This document shows positions 26,501-38,800 of a stretch of 64,000 nucleotides of DNA, one piece after another (positions within the stretch are counted from its first letter, which is position 1; each line of letters begins with the position of its first letter). The notes below the pieces were generated by a model. The model saw only the letters and a list, made by a program, of their open reading frames with translations, did not search any database and was not told the DNA's origin. The translations under genes were made by a program, and so were the position numbers. The stretch is from Macrostomum hystrix (lineage: Eukaryota > Animalia > Platyhelminthes): NCBI GenBank assembly GCA_950097015.1, contig CATNEN010000011.1:310001-374000 (forward strand). The letters run 5' to 3'.

Positions 26501-29500
26501 GAACAGTGCCGTCAGGAACTATGGAGCTACCCAGCCGATGTGTTCAGCTACGGTGTCATACTCTGGGAGATGCTGTTCCAGGAGGTAATCCTTGACAACT
26601 GAGACTTCAATAACACCTCATCTAGTTTTCATTTGTTGACATAAATGTTCTACACTGATTTCTGCAACCCGCCCAGGTGCCCTACCGCAGCGTGGACCCG
26701 TGGGCCGTTGTGCTGGGAGTGGGGCAGGGAACTCTGGCGCTGCCGCTGCCCTGCCACACCCCTAGCATCATGCGCACCCTCATGGAAGCCTGCTGGACCT
26801 GCAAGCCGAAGCAGCGACCGGCATTTCGCAATATCGGCCGCTCGCTGGAGGCCAGTTTGCTGGATCTGCTGGAGCTGAGCGACGGCGATCTGCGCATCCT
26901 GCGCAAGGCCTGGTCGGCTGAGATCGCCAGTCAGCTGTCAAGCATGCGGCAGGATGACTTCAAGGCCAAGCTGGAAGCCGACCTCATTCGCAAGCGCAAG
27001 GAGGAGCTGCAGCACGCGCAAGGTTGGCAGGCCACGGATAGAATGGGGTACTTAGTGAGATTAGGAAAGAAAGGCGGGCGATAAAAAAAAGACTAGGGGA
27101 TAAAATATGTTAAAAGAGGGTCAGGAGAAATATCATTGACAAAGCTGAATAGAACGGAATAGCAAAGATATTTATAAATATTGGCTAAATAGGCAAGCAA
27201 GAGCAATAAATAAAAGATCCGGATTGCGATGGAATATATTATATAAAACGCAGAGGAGTTGGTTTAGATGATATACTCGTATAATAATAATAATAATTGC
27301 AGGAGGGCTGCGGGCAATACCACATTATTTGGTAACACTAGACCCGCAGCCAGCGAGGAGGCAATTCTGCCCATTTCGCTGACTCCTGAGCACACACGCA
27401 CACAGTTACTGTGTCTGTTCTGTCTGTGTCAGTGCACTGTGCCTTAGAGGTTGGCCCTGAATGGCGTAAATTTCACGACAAGCCACCAAGCCTTCTCTCC
27501 GCGACTGCGCCACAAACGCGTTAACCGCTCTGCGTCTGACCCCCCTAAAATTATTATAATTTTGGAGTTGGTTCCGATGACATAAGAATAGCGATGAAGA
27601 ATGAAGGAGTAGGAGTCCAGGGGAGATACTGGTATCAAAGAAGGACAAAGTTCGCATCAACAAGAGAGCACAGTTAAACGCAAGCAAACAGTTTGCGAGT
27701 CATCCCCAATCAAACCTCTTCGCTCACAGAGATTCGGCAGCACTATGAGAAGCGTCTGCGGCGCGTTGATGACCTTCAGATGGACCTGACGAATCTGCGA
27801 CTGCAGCTCCAACTGCAGGCCAAGGCAGAGCGGGACAGATCCACGCGCCTGCGCTCGCTGATTCGTCGGCGCTGCTGCCCGACCTGCAAGCGCAGCCTGC
27901 GCGCCGTCTGCTCCAGGGAGCAGCTTTCAGCCGCCGTTGTGCTTGATCAGCCATTGCTGGATGCTGCCACGGCCGCTGTTGCCGCTGCTGCAATTGCTAC
28001 CGACCCAGCTGTGCTGCAGCAGCAGCAGCAACAGCAGGCTTCAGCGTCGCCCAATATTGGTGACAGAGGCGGAAGGCCCAGGCGAGCTAGTCGACGCTTG
28101 TCGAAGGCGCTGACTCTGCCCGTTGGCGGGGTGGCCGCCGCTGCGGCTCTCTTTCGGCGTGGTGGCGCGCCGCCTCCACCTCCGCCGGCGCCATTTGCGC
28201 CTTCAGCCAGGTGAGCTGCTGGGCCAGGGCCATCGAAGGAGCTCTTTTTTGGCCACTTCCTTTCAGTTCTAGCCTGGTTTACCTTCTGCTCCAGTTCCCT
28301 TAACCCTTCATTTCCAGCCCCCTAAACTCTTTAGTTCTAGCTCCCTAAACCCTTTAGCTCCAGTCCCCTAAAGCCTTCAGTTCCAGCCCCCCTAACACAG
28401 TTCCAGTGCCCCTAACGGCCTCGCTCTTAACCCTCTCCAAACACCTAGAGATGCGTGGGTCCAAACTTCGCCGGCATCAGTCCTACCGATTCCGCCGTCA
28501 GCTGCTCCGTCCGTCGGTGAGCCGCAGCTTCGCGCGCGTCCCGGACGCCGTCGCTATCAGCCGGCAGCTGGTCAACTGCAGCAGCAGCAGCTGGAACCCA
28601 CCAATGCCGCCCCTCCCTCCGTCGCAGCGACAAGTAGCAGTGTAGACAGCGGCAGCAGCGGCTTAGGCTACTCAAATAGTAGGCTACCGAAGCATCTGCT
28701 GCAGAGCACAGATCTGCTTAGCCAGGAGTTACAGGAACATCTAGCTGCCACGGCCTCATTTGTCAACCCAGGCTATTCCCCATCGAGCACAACCGCTGCT
28801 GCTGCTGTCAGAAACGGCTGCGACAGCCTGAGCGACAGGGAGCACCGTCTGGCGCAGCTGAAGCTGGACAGGCAGATCTCAGCCTGCGCTGCAGCCAATG
28901 CAGCAGCCGCTGTTCATACTCGTGCACCGGCTAGTGTTGAAGGTACTGCCGACGGCGTAGGGGATAGCCGCGACAGCTCGCACCTGGATTTCAACCGATC
29001 GGTGCGTCCTATTCACACGTACCTGTTCTTATCAAAAGTCTTTAATTTACCTCACACCTACCTGTTCTTTTCTTAAGTCGCTAATTTACGTCACACCCAG
29101 CTGTTCTTATCTACAGTCGGTAATTAACCTCACACCTACCTGTTTTTATCTGATGTCTAGTTGGGCCACCACAACTCGTAGTTGTTACACAATCTAGTTG
29201 TGCCAGATGTCCAGCTAATGGCACAGTCGCCGCCGCGGTTTTTACGCGGCGGTTAACGACGATAATTACTGTGAAGGCCGCAACTCCCACCAAAATTTCT
29301 ACCCCAGCTAAAATACTGGAAACATTTTACAGCTGGGTGAACTGAGATAGCTTGCTCAAGGAAGCATTCTTTCCATTGGGCTGAGATTCGAACCCCCGAC
29401 CTCTCGATCAGAAGTCCGAAGCTCTTATCCCTATGCCAAAAGCTCCCTTGTTTAAAGTATTATTTAAATTAACTCGCAGAGCTTCTAAACATAAACTTAA

Positions 29501-30002
29501 AGTTTTTCATCTACTTTCCTTCTATTTCGTTGCTTTGTTTTTAGGCCATATTGATTTCCGTGTTCAATTAAGTATAAATTGGTCAAAACCCTGGATATTT
29601 TTTCGAGATGCGTTGCATTAATTACTTCTTTGACGCACCTGCTGCAATACTTCAAATCTTGTTTCTAAAATTAAATATTGCCATTTCACTCGTTGGTTGT
29701 GTCGTTTTTACGTGAAAATCTCGGGGCCATAGAGGTGCAGTATTTACAGAGGAATAATAGGTTACTAGCTTTCGTCTTCAGTTCCCATCTTCAGCATCAG
29801 TTTTCACCTGAGCTCGTTCCGCCCCCCCGCGACACAGGCCTCGGCGGATCCCAAATCAGAGGACGACCTGGAGCTCGAGGTGGATGTCGACGTTCTGCAC
29901 GACACTGACGAATTTGATAATGACGATGAGCAGGCGGCATTCGACTCGGTGACGGTCCAGTCCGATCGCCAGAATTTCCGGCCCAACTCCTCCATCATTT
30001 GA
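23591..30002 (+). CDS. MAP3K13: Dual leucine zipper (DLK/LZK, MAP3K12/13-type) kinase; exons approx. 23591-24318, 26090-26584, 26677-27022, 27730-28210, 28449-29001, 29838-30002; true start uncertain
   Basis: N-terminal GVLGCLRPVW, ASGTQGSVFLG, VAMKK, HGDLKSPNIL, LKISDFG, WMSPE, DVFSYGVILWEML, CWTCKPKQRPAFR, post-kinase LIRKRKEELQHAQEIRQHYEKRL zipper, and a late CDSLSDRE motif. MAP3K12 versus MAP3K13 orthology cannot be settled by eye. Confidence 0.85.
25808..25985. repeat. Degenerate ~29-30 bp minisatellite (GATAGGACTCACCGGGATTGCCCAAAAGG) in MAP3K intron 1
   Basis: About six imperfect tandem units visible. Confidence 0.75.
27301..27545 (-). mobile_element. tRNA-derived SINE family B, internally deleted copy
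   Basis: Colinear similarity to 37393-37727 (GACCCGCAGCCAGC, CTGCCCATTTCGCTGACTCCT, GAGGTTGGCCCT, CACGACAAGCCAC, AAACGCGTTAACCGCTCTG). Confidence 0.7.
28270..28430. repeat. Degenerate ~22 bp pyrimidine-rich intronic tandem repeat (TTCCAGCCCCCTAAAC...)
   Basis: Repeated CCAG(T/C)CCCCTAA motif. Confidence 0.55.
29010..29150. repeat. Four ~39 bp intronic tandem units (CACACCTACCTGTTCTTAT...)
   Basis: CACAC(C/G)(T/C)A(C/G)CTGTT recurs four times at regular spacing. Confidence 0.65.
29210..29437 (-). mobile_element. Diverged SINE family A copy
   Basis: ACAGCTGGGTGAACTGA, CTTGCTCAAGGA and GATTCGAACCCCCGACC segments match the 8700-9033 family. Confidence 0.65.
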
Positions 30003-30107
30003 CCAGCTACCTGCGATTGCCAGCCTCAGCCTGCCTGTATGACTGTTAATATTCGTCTGGCTTCAATAGTATAACTACTCCGACTCAAGCAGCCTTTGTT
30101 GTCTCCT

Positions 30108-30850
30108 CTGATTCTTCAGTGAGCCTCCACAGTCCATCCCCTGATTCTTCAGTGAGCTTCCGCACTCCATCCCCTGATTCTTCAGTGAGCTTCCGCAGTC
30201 CATCCCCTGATTCTTCAGTGAGCTTCCGCAGTCCATCACCTGATTCTTCAGTGAGCCTCCGCAGTCCATCCCCTGATTCTTCAGTGAGCTTCCGCAGTCC
30301 ATCACCTGATTCTTCAGTGAGCCTCCACTGACCATCCCCTGATTCTTCAGTGAGCCTCCACTGACCATCCCCTGATTCTTCAGTGAGCCTCCACTGACCA
30401 TCCCCTGATTCTTCAGTGAGCTTCCGCAGTCCATCCCCTGATTCTTCAGTGAGCTTCCGCAGTCCATCCCCTGATTCTTCAGTGAGCTTCCGCAGTCCAT
30501 CACCTGATTCTTCAGTGAGCCTCCGCAGTCCATCCCCTGATTCTTCAGTGAGCTTCCGCAGTCCATCCCCTGATTCTTCAGTGAGCTTCCGCAGTCCATC
30601 CCCTGATTCTTCAGTGAGCCTCCGCAGTCCATCCCCTGATTCTTCAGTGAGCCTCCACTGACCATCCCCTGATTCATCAGTGAGCCTCCACTGACCATCC
30701 CCTGATTCATCAGTGAGCCTCCACTGACCATCCCCTGATTCTTCAGTGAGCCTCCACTGACCATCCCCTGATTCTTCAGTGAGCCTCCACTGACCATCCC
30801 CTGATTCTTCAGAGACCATCCGCTGCTCATCCCCTGACTCTTCAGTGAGT
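30108..30850. repeat. 33-bp tandem array, ~22 copies (CCCCTGATTCTTCAGTGAGCTTCCGCAGTCCAT / ...GAGCCTCCACTGACCAT)
   Basis: Directly visible near-perfect units of two alternating subtypes, about 100 bp downstream of the MAP3K stop codon. Confidence 0.97.
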
Positions 30851-32888
30851 CTTCTAATGAAAAATTTCAGTCTTTTAAAACCGCTTTTGAAGTCGTCTTC
30901 TGTACATAAGTCTTTTAAATAATGCTATCAGATAATTTTTATATTAGAGCGTCGCTTGGAATAATGTCTTGTTAACAGCAACACCTCTTTGTAAGTTATT
31001 TTTATGTTTAACTCGTTTCAAAAGTAGAGTTAGCCACCTTCCCACGTCATTCTCTTTTTGTACGGCTTTAGGTGTTCTTAATCTCTATTTTTTAATTGTA
31101 TTATGCATAACAGGCCAGCTTCTCGTCTTACTACTTTTGAAAGAACAGTAGTATGTTTAGCGTTTATTTTTTTGTTGATGACCGGTATTCTCTTCCTATG
31201 AACCGCCTAGTGTCATAGGTCACTGAATTTCTTATTAGGCTGAGTGGGACACGAATTGAGAAGTGGTAACCCGTTACTAGATTCATGCCTCGAATATTAT
31301 GTACCTTGTTTATTGTGTACTGAAATAGTCGTAGATTTTGGTCATATTTTTCTAACTTTTCTCTCACCTCCGTCCCAAAGATTGTGGCCAGCGCTTTTTA
31401 TGTGTCTCCAGACGCGCTTTTCCCACTTAAACAGCACAACGGTTTGCTGAACTCCCTCAGTTTGAATTCTTTATTCTCTATTTTGTTATAATTTTTTCCT
31501 GTTCGAACGGTCTCGTCATTGTGCCTTCTTCTCAAATGTTTTTGCGCTGCTTTTCCAACTTTTCTGTTGTGATAGTAAGATATAGTAACTTACATACTTG
31601 GCCCAAAAGTCCGCTAATCTCGCTGGCTGTGTTTATGTATAAATCATGTGCTCGCAACTGGTTAAGCATCAGATTGTTTTATTTTTTTGCCTTTATTTTT
31701 TATTACTTCAAGCTTTCTCGCTAGCTGGTGCACATTCCATACTACTCGCAACTCACCTTATATTAGTAGTGTAATTCGCTTGCTAATACTTTAGCCAGCA
31801 GAGATGACAGATTTGGAGATTGCGTGTAAATATTTTTCCCTTTCTCTCTGATGGTTAGTTTTGTTTATTTTTTTATGAAACAGGATCATAATGCCTATAT
31901 TTTTATACCACATTTTCCCATTAGATGTCACATTTCCTTTTAAGAAGATGCTTTTTTCGCTATGCATTCCATTTTGAGCAAGAGCGGAATCGGTGCTTCT
32001 CAAAATGTTTAAGTGTTTTTGAGATTTGAGACCTTGACCATTTTGCCATCTGCAGTCAGCTGTTGCTATGCGGTGTCGGATATTCGCACTTTTGTAACTG
32101 TGGCTGAAGAGGCCTTTATCCCAGGTTATTTTCTGATGGTCTGAAATCCTGCTAAAATAGATTATACCTTCGTAAAACAATTTGCTGTCTACGCTCGTAT
32201 TTTTGCTGCTAAGAAGTTATTATCGAAATAAATATGAATAATTTCACACAGTCTATGGAGCTATTGACTGAAGCCAATAGAGAACTTGGGTCGGACATTC
32301 TTTCACTCCAACAAACTGCTTTCCCAATTGAACGGGAACACCTAAGCAATTGAAAATATTCGTCTACGGTTAAAATTGATGCTCAGATACACACACACAC
32401 ACACACCTCATCCACATAATCAACCAATGGTTAGAGCAGATGTACATGTTTATTGATGCAAATTGCAGATGGAAATCGTATTGGACAGTTCAGTAAGTTT
32501 TTATGGCATAGCTTCACACAAAATAAAACTGCATGCATTTGAGTCTCTTAGACTGAGAAGTGGCATTTCGTGGCACCATCAATCAGCTCAAGGCTGTGCC
32601 ACAGAGGCTTCAGTCGCTGCTTTAAGAACAACAACCACAATTCAATGGTATAGTACTGTAGAGCAATTTTTGGCAGTACAGTTTGTTCGCAGAATGGCTC
32701 CCCAGCCTGAAAAAAACCCACAACCTTCTCAAATCTCGGTTAACTCCACAAAATAAGACAGGAACAGACAAGTCCTTATCAAAGCTCGGCAGCCATACAA
32801 TATTTGGTTCGATTAAGCCAGACTGTCACTAGACACAAAATCTCCCCAGAGCCAGTGCATGTCCAAACCCGATGTGATCAAAGTTTAA

Positions 32889-35800
32889 TTACAGCACCAG
32901 CCGACTCAGGCCGGCCATCAGGGCGGCGCTGATGGCCCCACTGGCAGGCAGGGTGACCAGCCAGGCAATGATGATGTTGCGAAAGATGGACCATTGGACA
33001 TTGTCGCGACTGCGAAAAAAACCGACGAGTACAACACTCCCAACTTTACAGTGGGTGGTGCTGATGGGAATGCCAATATTGGAGGCAATCAGGACGGCCA
33101 GGGCTGCGCCAAGCTCGATACAGAAGCCGCTGGAGAATAATAGGAGATATGAGATTTATTGGGGCTTCTTAATTTGTCAATAAGATAGCAGGGTTTCAGG
33201 GTGTCAAACACAAAGAACTGTGTCCTGGAGGTACCAGGGTGTCAGTTAGGTACCAAGGTGTCAGGGAAGTACCAAGGTGTCAGTTTGGTACTAGGGTGTC
33301 AGGCAGGTACCAGGGTGTCAGGCAGGTACCAACGTAGCAGCTAGGTACCAGGGTGTCAGCGAGATAATTAGGTGTCAGGACAGGGAGATATCAGTATCTG
33401 CACCTAGTTCTGTTGCGAATTTTAAAGACCCACTAAATACATGATATCATTATTGGATAAAGACCTGAATTGGCGAATTCCATCCATAAACTCACCTGGA
33501 TGGCGTAATGGTGGTGAGGTCCTCACCGAGTGTTTGAATGACGCGCCTGCCCCAGACCCATAGGCCGATGCTGATTCCGAGTCCACCATAGATGAGAATT
33601 CCAATTGGTGACGCAGCTTTACCTGCGATGTCACCAGTGGTGGCCACCACCCACAGGCCGATGAGAGGACCGATAGCGTTGCTGACGTCGTTGCCACCAT
33701 GGGCGAATGCGCCGAAGATGGCGGTGAGAATCTGCAGCCAGGCAAAAATTCTGGCCTGTTCTGGTCGGTCAACTATGGCCTTCATACCTTTTCTAGTCCC
33801 TTCTTCCTCGTCATCGTCCTCATTCAGTTGCTGGCGCTCTGATGGGGTTGTCGGCTCTTCATCTTCCGGGACGGCGATTGCCTGCGGAATTTCGACATTT
33901 TCGGGATCGCTTTTCAGATTGAGAGGCTTTCCTGCTTTGACGATGCATAAGATGCTTAAGCTTGGGCTTAAAAAACTTGCTGAACCTCCGAAAAGCCATT
34001 TAAATTAGCACCTTTATCTATCAGATTGGCACCAATGTAACAGATGACTGGAAAGCTGACGCTTAAACGCAGCCCTAGTTCCACAGTCTTAATTGGTGTT
34101 AAATACCGACCAGAGACCGCAATGTACCTTAGTCGTTTTGGCACCCCTACTACATACAATATTGGTTTTGTCAGCCTAACTGAGAATAAGGCCACCCAAA
34201 ATGAGAATCCTGCCTACGCTGACTGCGAAGGCCTTGGCAGCCTTAGTCTATGGGCCATATACAATAAACTGAATAAAGGATAAGCAAAGTGATAAAAAGG
34301 CATCCAATGTGAGAATCGATCGCTTTTTCTCTTTCCCCCAGCTCTCTCCACTCCTCCAAGCGCGACTCCTCCATCACTGCTTCTCCATCACCCACAGTCT
34401 CGTTGCTTTCTTGCCTATACCTTTATCCAACACTTAGAATTAACAGAGTTCAGTCTTCACCACTGTAATAAAAATGCCCGCCTCATCTGTGGACCGCCAG
34501 CGACTCATCGCGGCCATTGAAAATGGAAGCTCACTAAGGGGTACAAGACGGTCGATCGGATGCTCCAAGGGATGCTATACACCCTGAAGCTCGGAACGAA
34601 GGGCAGTGACACCAGAGCGAGCTGCAACCTGCCTGAAAACATCGAGGCCCGGAGAGAATATGCCAACTTCATGCTGCACCTTGACGCCTCCGTACACATC
34701 GTCTATTTGGACGAAACTGGATTCAACTTGTGGCTACGGCGATCGCAAGGCCGTGCTATAAGGGGTCGCCCTGTTAAGCGGACTGTGACGACACAAAGAG
34801 ACGACTCTTTGGGCAGTGCATTGAGGGATAGCTATTTTAACTCTTTACTTTACTGTACTGTATCATCCAGTGTGTTCCTGTTTCCGTTATTCCGTTCAAG
34901 CTACACTCAGCAACATTTAAAACGCAACACTCTAACTAGAAGAAAAATCAACTCACTCAGAAGAGTCAAAGCGCATAGTCTATGGTTCAAATCGAGCTTC
35001 AGAAACGCATGTAGCTTCCTCTACAACAGAGGGCAGATCGACGCCTGCTGAGAATAGTGCGTGGAAACCCCACACTGCCTGCCACACTCCTGCGATTGAT
35101 GTGGGCAGAGAGAAGCCGCAGAGGCAACGTTCTCAGCGCGCAGACGATTCGCCGCAGGATTCACGCTGCAGGATTGCGGTCAAGAAAAATGCGGAGGAGG
35201 CCGCGCATGAGTCCTGCACATGTCGCTAACAGGGAACTGTGGGCCATGCAGCGGGCGCACTGGCGGCAAGGACAGTGGCAGCGCGTTATCTTTACAGACG
35301 AGAGTCGGTTTCGTCTTTTTCGCAGTGATGGTCGAATTCGCGTCTGGCGTGAGCCACGGCAAGAGCTTCTGCAGCAGCACGTGCAAAGCTGCGATGGGCA
35401 GGGACCCTCCGTACACGTGTGGGCAGGGATTTAAATGCGAGGCAGGACCCAGCTGGTTTTCTTAGACGCAAACGTGAACGGCGATGAGTACGCTCGTTTG
35501 CTGCATACGCATCTGCTCCCTTTTGTTAACAACCACTTTGGTGGCGTCGCAAACTGCATACTGCAGGACGATAATGCACCGGCGCACCGGGCAGCAGCTG
35601 TCAGCGAACTCAAGGACCAGCTGCACCTGCGTACTCTTTGGTGGCGTTCAAGATCCCCTGATATGAACCCAATTGAACATGTCTGGGACTTTATCAAGCG
35701 GAGTGTTAAACGGCAGAATCCGCCGGAGACAGTCGCTGAACTGCGAAACGCTGTTGCTAACGCGTGGCAGGAAATTCCCCAGGACTTTTTTCGACGCCTT

Positions 35801-38800
35801 GTTCTGGGAATGCCACGTCGAGTCAACGCCCTGTTACTTGCGAGAGGAGGCTACACGCGTTTCTGAAGCTCGATTTGAACCATAGACTATGCGCTTTGAC
35901 TCTTCTGAGTGAGTTGATTTTTCTTCTAGTTAGAGTGTTGCGTTTTAAATGTTGCTGAGTGTATATGGCTAGTCAAATGGCTCAGAAGGTATAAAAATAA
36001 AAGAATACGACGCATAGACCAATCGATTCTCACATTGGATGCCTTTTATCACTTTCCTTGTCATTTATTGTCTATGGCCCATAGACTAAGGCTGCACGCA
36101 GCCAGGCCCTGCGCAGTCAGCGTAGGCAGGATTCTCATTTTGGGTGGCTTTATTCTCAGGCTGACAAAACCAATACTACTACATACATGCGAGTACATAC
36201 CCATACTGTCGATTTAGACAATAAACTAAGTTAAACGGGGATAAGTAAATTATGTATTTGACTTAAAATAGAAAAGAGAGAGATCTGCTCTTGGCTGCGC
36301 GGGACCTGTTTGAGCGGGCTGCAACGAGGGCCATAGACCAAACAAATAGCAGAGTAAATAACGAAAGAAGAAAAAGACAGATGGATTAAAGAGCTGGTTG
36401 AACTGAGAAATTAAAAGACCGGAAAACAAGTGCAATATATGGAGGATGAAATCCGACACATACAATGAGCGTAAGAGCGAATGAAGTGTAAATTGTGCAG
36501 TAATTTAAACTAATCCATCGAAGCCCACTCAACTAAGTAACATCAATGAATTAGCTGTTTGAATATAAGGCTTTGTGAGCGCCGCACAGGTAAACAATAA
36601 AACTTTGACAGAGCTATAGCTCCCTGTCTGTGCATCTCAAGTCTAGGAAACGCTTGGCACGACTTATTTTATTCCCAGCGTTTTCCGGGACTGGAGATAA
36701 AAGATCAGTCACATTTATGCTGCGATCTACGGCCCGAGACTGCAAATGCATGGATATTGTAAGGCCTAACACTGGTTTGTCTTGTGTCAAATGGATAGCG
36801 AAAATTCACTAACATTGTACTTTCCCTTCCGCTGGGTAGTGGACTCAGAGTTGCGGTTTGCGGCCAATGAGGAGCCAGGCTCTGATGGAACATCGACGGC
36901 TGCGGTGGCTTTAAGTTCTTCGATTGGTTTGTTGTGAAGATCCGCTGTAAAAATACAAATATTTAATTTTGTACTCTTCTCAACGCTGGGGGGAGCTTTC
37001 TGTCTGGATCAAATGTACACCTTGAACTCACCTAGAATTCGATTTCGCTGCCATGGGATAATAACAAGCTTGACCAGGACGGAGCAAATTATTCCCACAC
37101 CGAATGTGGCCAGAATGGCGCCCCAAAGTGGAATGACGTGAAAATAGAGACCTAGTAATAAAAAGTAGACCATGCACTTATTCTATGCAGCAAAATTGCA
37201 CAATTAAGGCAATGTTTCGGAAATATTTTTAGTATCGGTGTACTTACTCTCTGGGCCTTCGTAGACAATGGAGAACACGTTGATGGCGATGGTGATACTG
37301 TAAATGAGTGGCAGGAAACGCAGCCCAGGCTCCAGTGGGTCGGCCTGTAATGAATTTCATGCACATGCACATAATATAATATATATTTCTTCAGGAGGGC
37401 TGTGGGCAATGGCACATCATTTGGTTGCACTTGACCCGCAGCCAGCCCATTCTGCCCATTTCGCTGACTCCTAAACACACAGATAAAATTGTACGCAGGC
37501 TCACGGTCACACATGTGTGTACATCTGCCATGACTTTCTCATCGTCAGGCAGTGTACTTATTCACTGTGCCTTTGAGGTTGGCCCTCAAGGGCGTAAATT
37601 GCACGACAAGCCACAGGCCTTCTCTTCGCGACTGCGCCCCAATTTAATGTAGCCTCGCCGCGCAATCGAGCTCAGTGACTATGTTGCGAGAGGCAAACGC
37701 GTTAACCGCTCTGCCACTGACCCCCCCTGATTTGTGGCTTAGTATCGCTTTTTTTGCTTTCAAGCTTTTCGACTGTTTAGTATCTGTTCTGTTGCAGAAA
37801 AGGGCTGCTAAAAGTTCTCACCTTTGTGAGGATAAAGACTTTGATGAAGTAAAACAACGCGATGGAGATGCCACCGCTGAGCAGAGGCGAGATGAACCAG
37901 GAGGCAACTGGAAGGCATCGAGAGTTCATTTTGTGAATATGCGGCCATCATTGGTGATGCAAAAGCAAAAAAAGGAATTACTGAGACACTGTTCAGAAAA
38001 AATTATCAACCTTTTTGCATCAAATATTGTAATTAGCATTACTATGTCTCGCAAAATATTTATCAAGAGAAGAACGAACAAAGCATAAGCTTGTTAAGAG
38101 CGAAGCAACAGTCATACTAGCTCATCAGAGCACTCTAGAAACAAAGAACTCGTTCACTCGAGCAGTCCTCGAGAAGCAGACACAAAAAACTCTTGTAAAA
38201 GTTAAACAAATTCGACATAACCGAAAGAAAATGACAGCCGTTTTTAGAAGCGCTTTGAACCCGCCCGGCTTTCAAACGCGTAAGATCCAATCGCCAAGCA
38301 AAGCGTGAAGTGCCACAGAGCTACCTCGATAAGATACCATAGGCAGTCATAAAGACCCTACGGCATTATGAAGCGTCGAGTGGCAAAAATGCAGCGACGT
38401 TCACTGGTGGTGCCCAAGTGATAGTGGACCAATGTGCTCTGGCCTCTATAGTGTTGCTGTGCTGTGAACCGGTTAAGTGGTTGTCCAGATAAACTCTACA
38501 TGCCCAGTTTTTCTCTACAGAGTTTCACAGCACTCTCCTTTAGACGAATTGAGTTGTCAAATACATTGATTAAGATTGACTGCGTAGGATAGCAAATCTC
38601 CGACACTCAACATGTGGCCATGTTTCGTGACGCTCTGTCGAGAAATTCGAAGAAAAATATGCATGAGTAGTTAGAATGGAAGCACTATATGTTTTATAGG
38701 TTGCATATCAATAAAGAAACTTAGCCAAATATGCTCAGCCATCACACACAAATATGAGCTACTTTACTACTTACGAGAATTTATTTGCCTATCAGGAAAA

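Noticed and set aside
30108-30850. CRISPR array
   Set aside because: No unique spacers, eukaryotic context and no cas genes; it is a plain tandem repeat.
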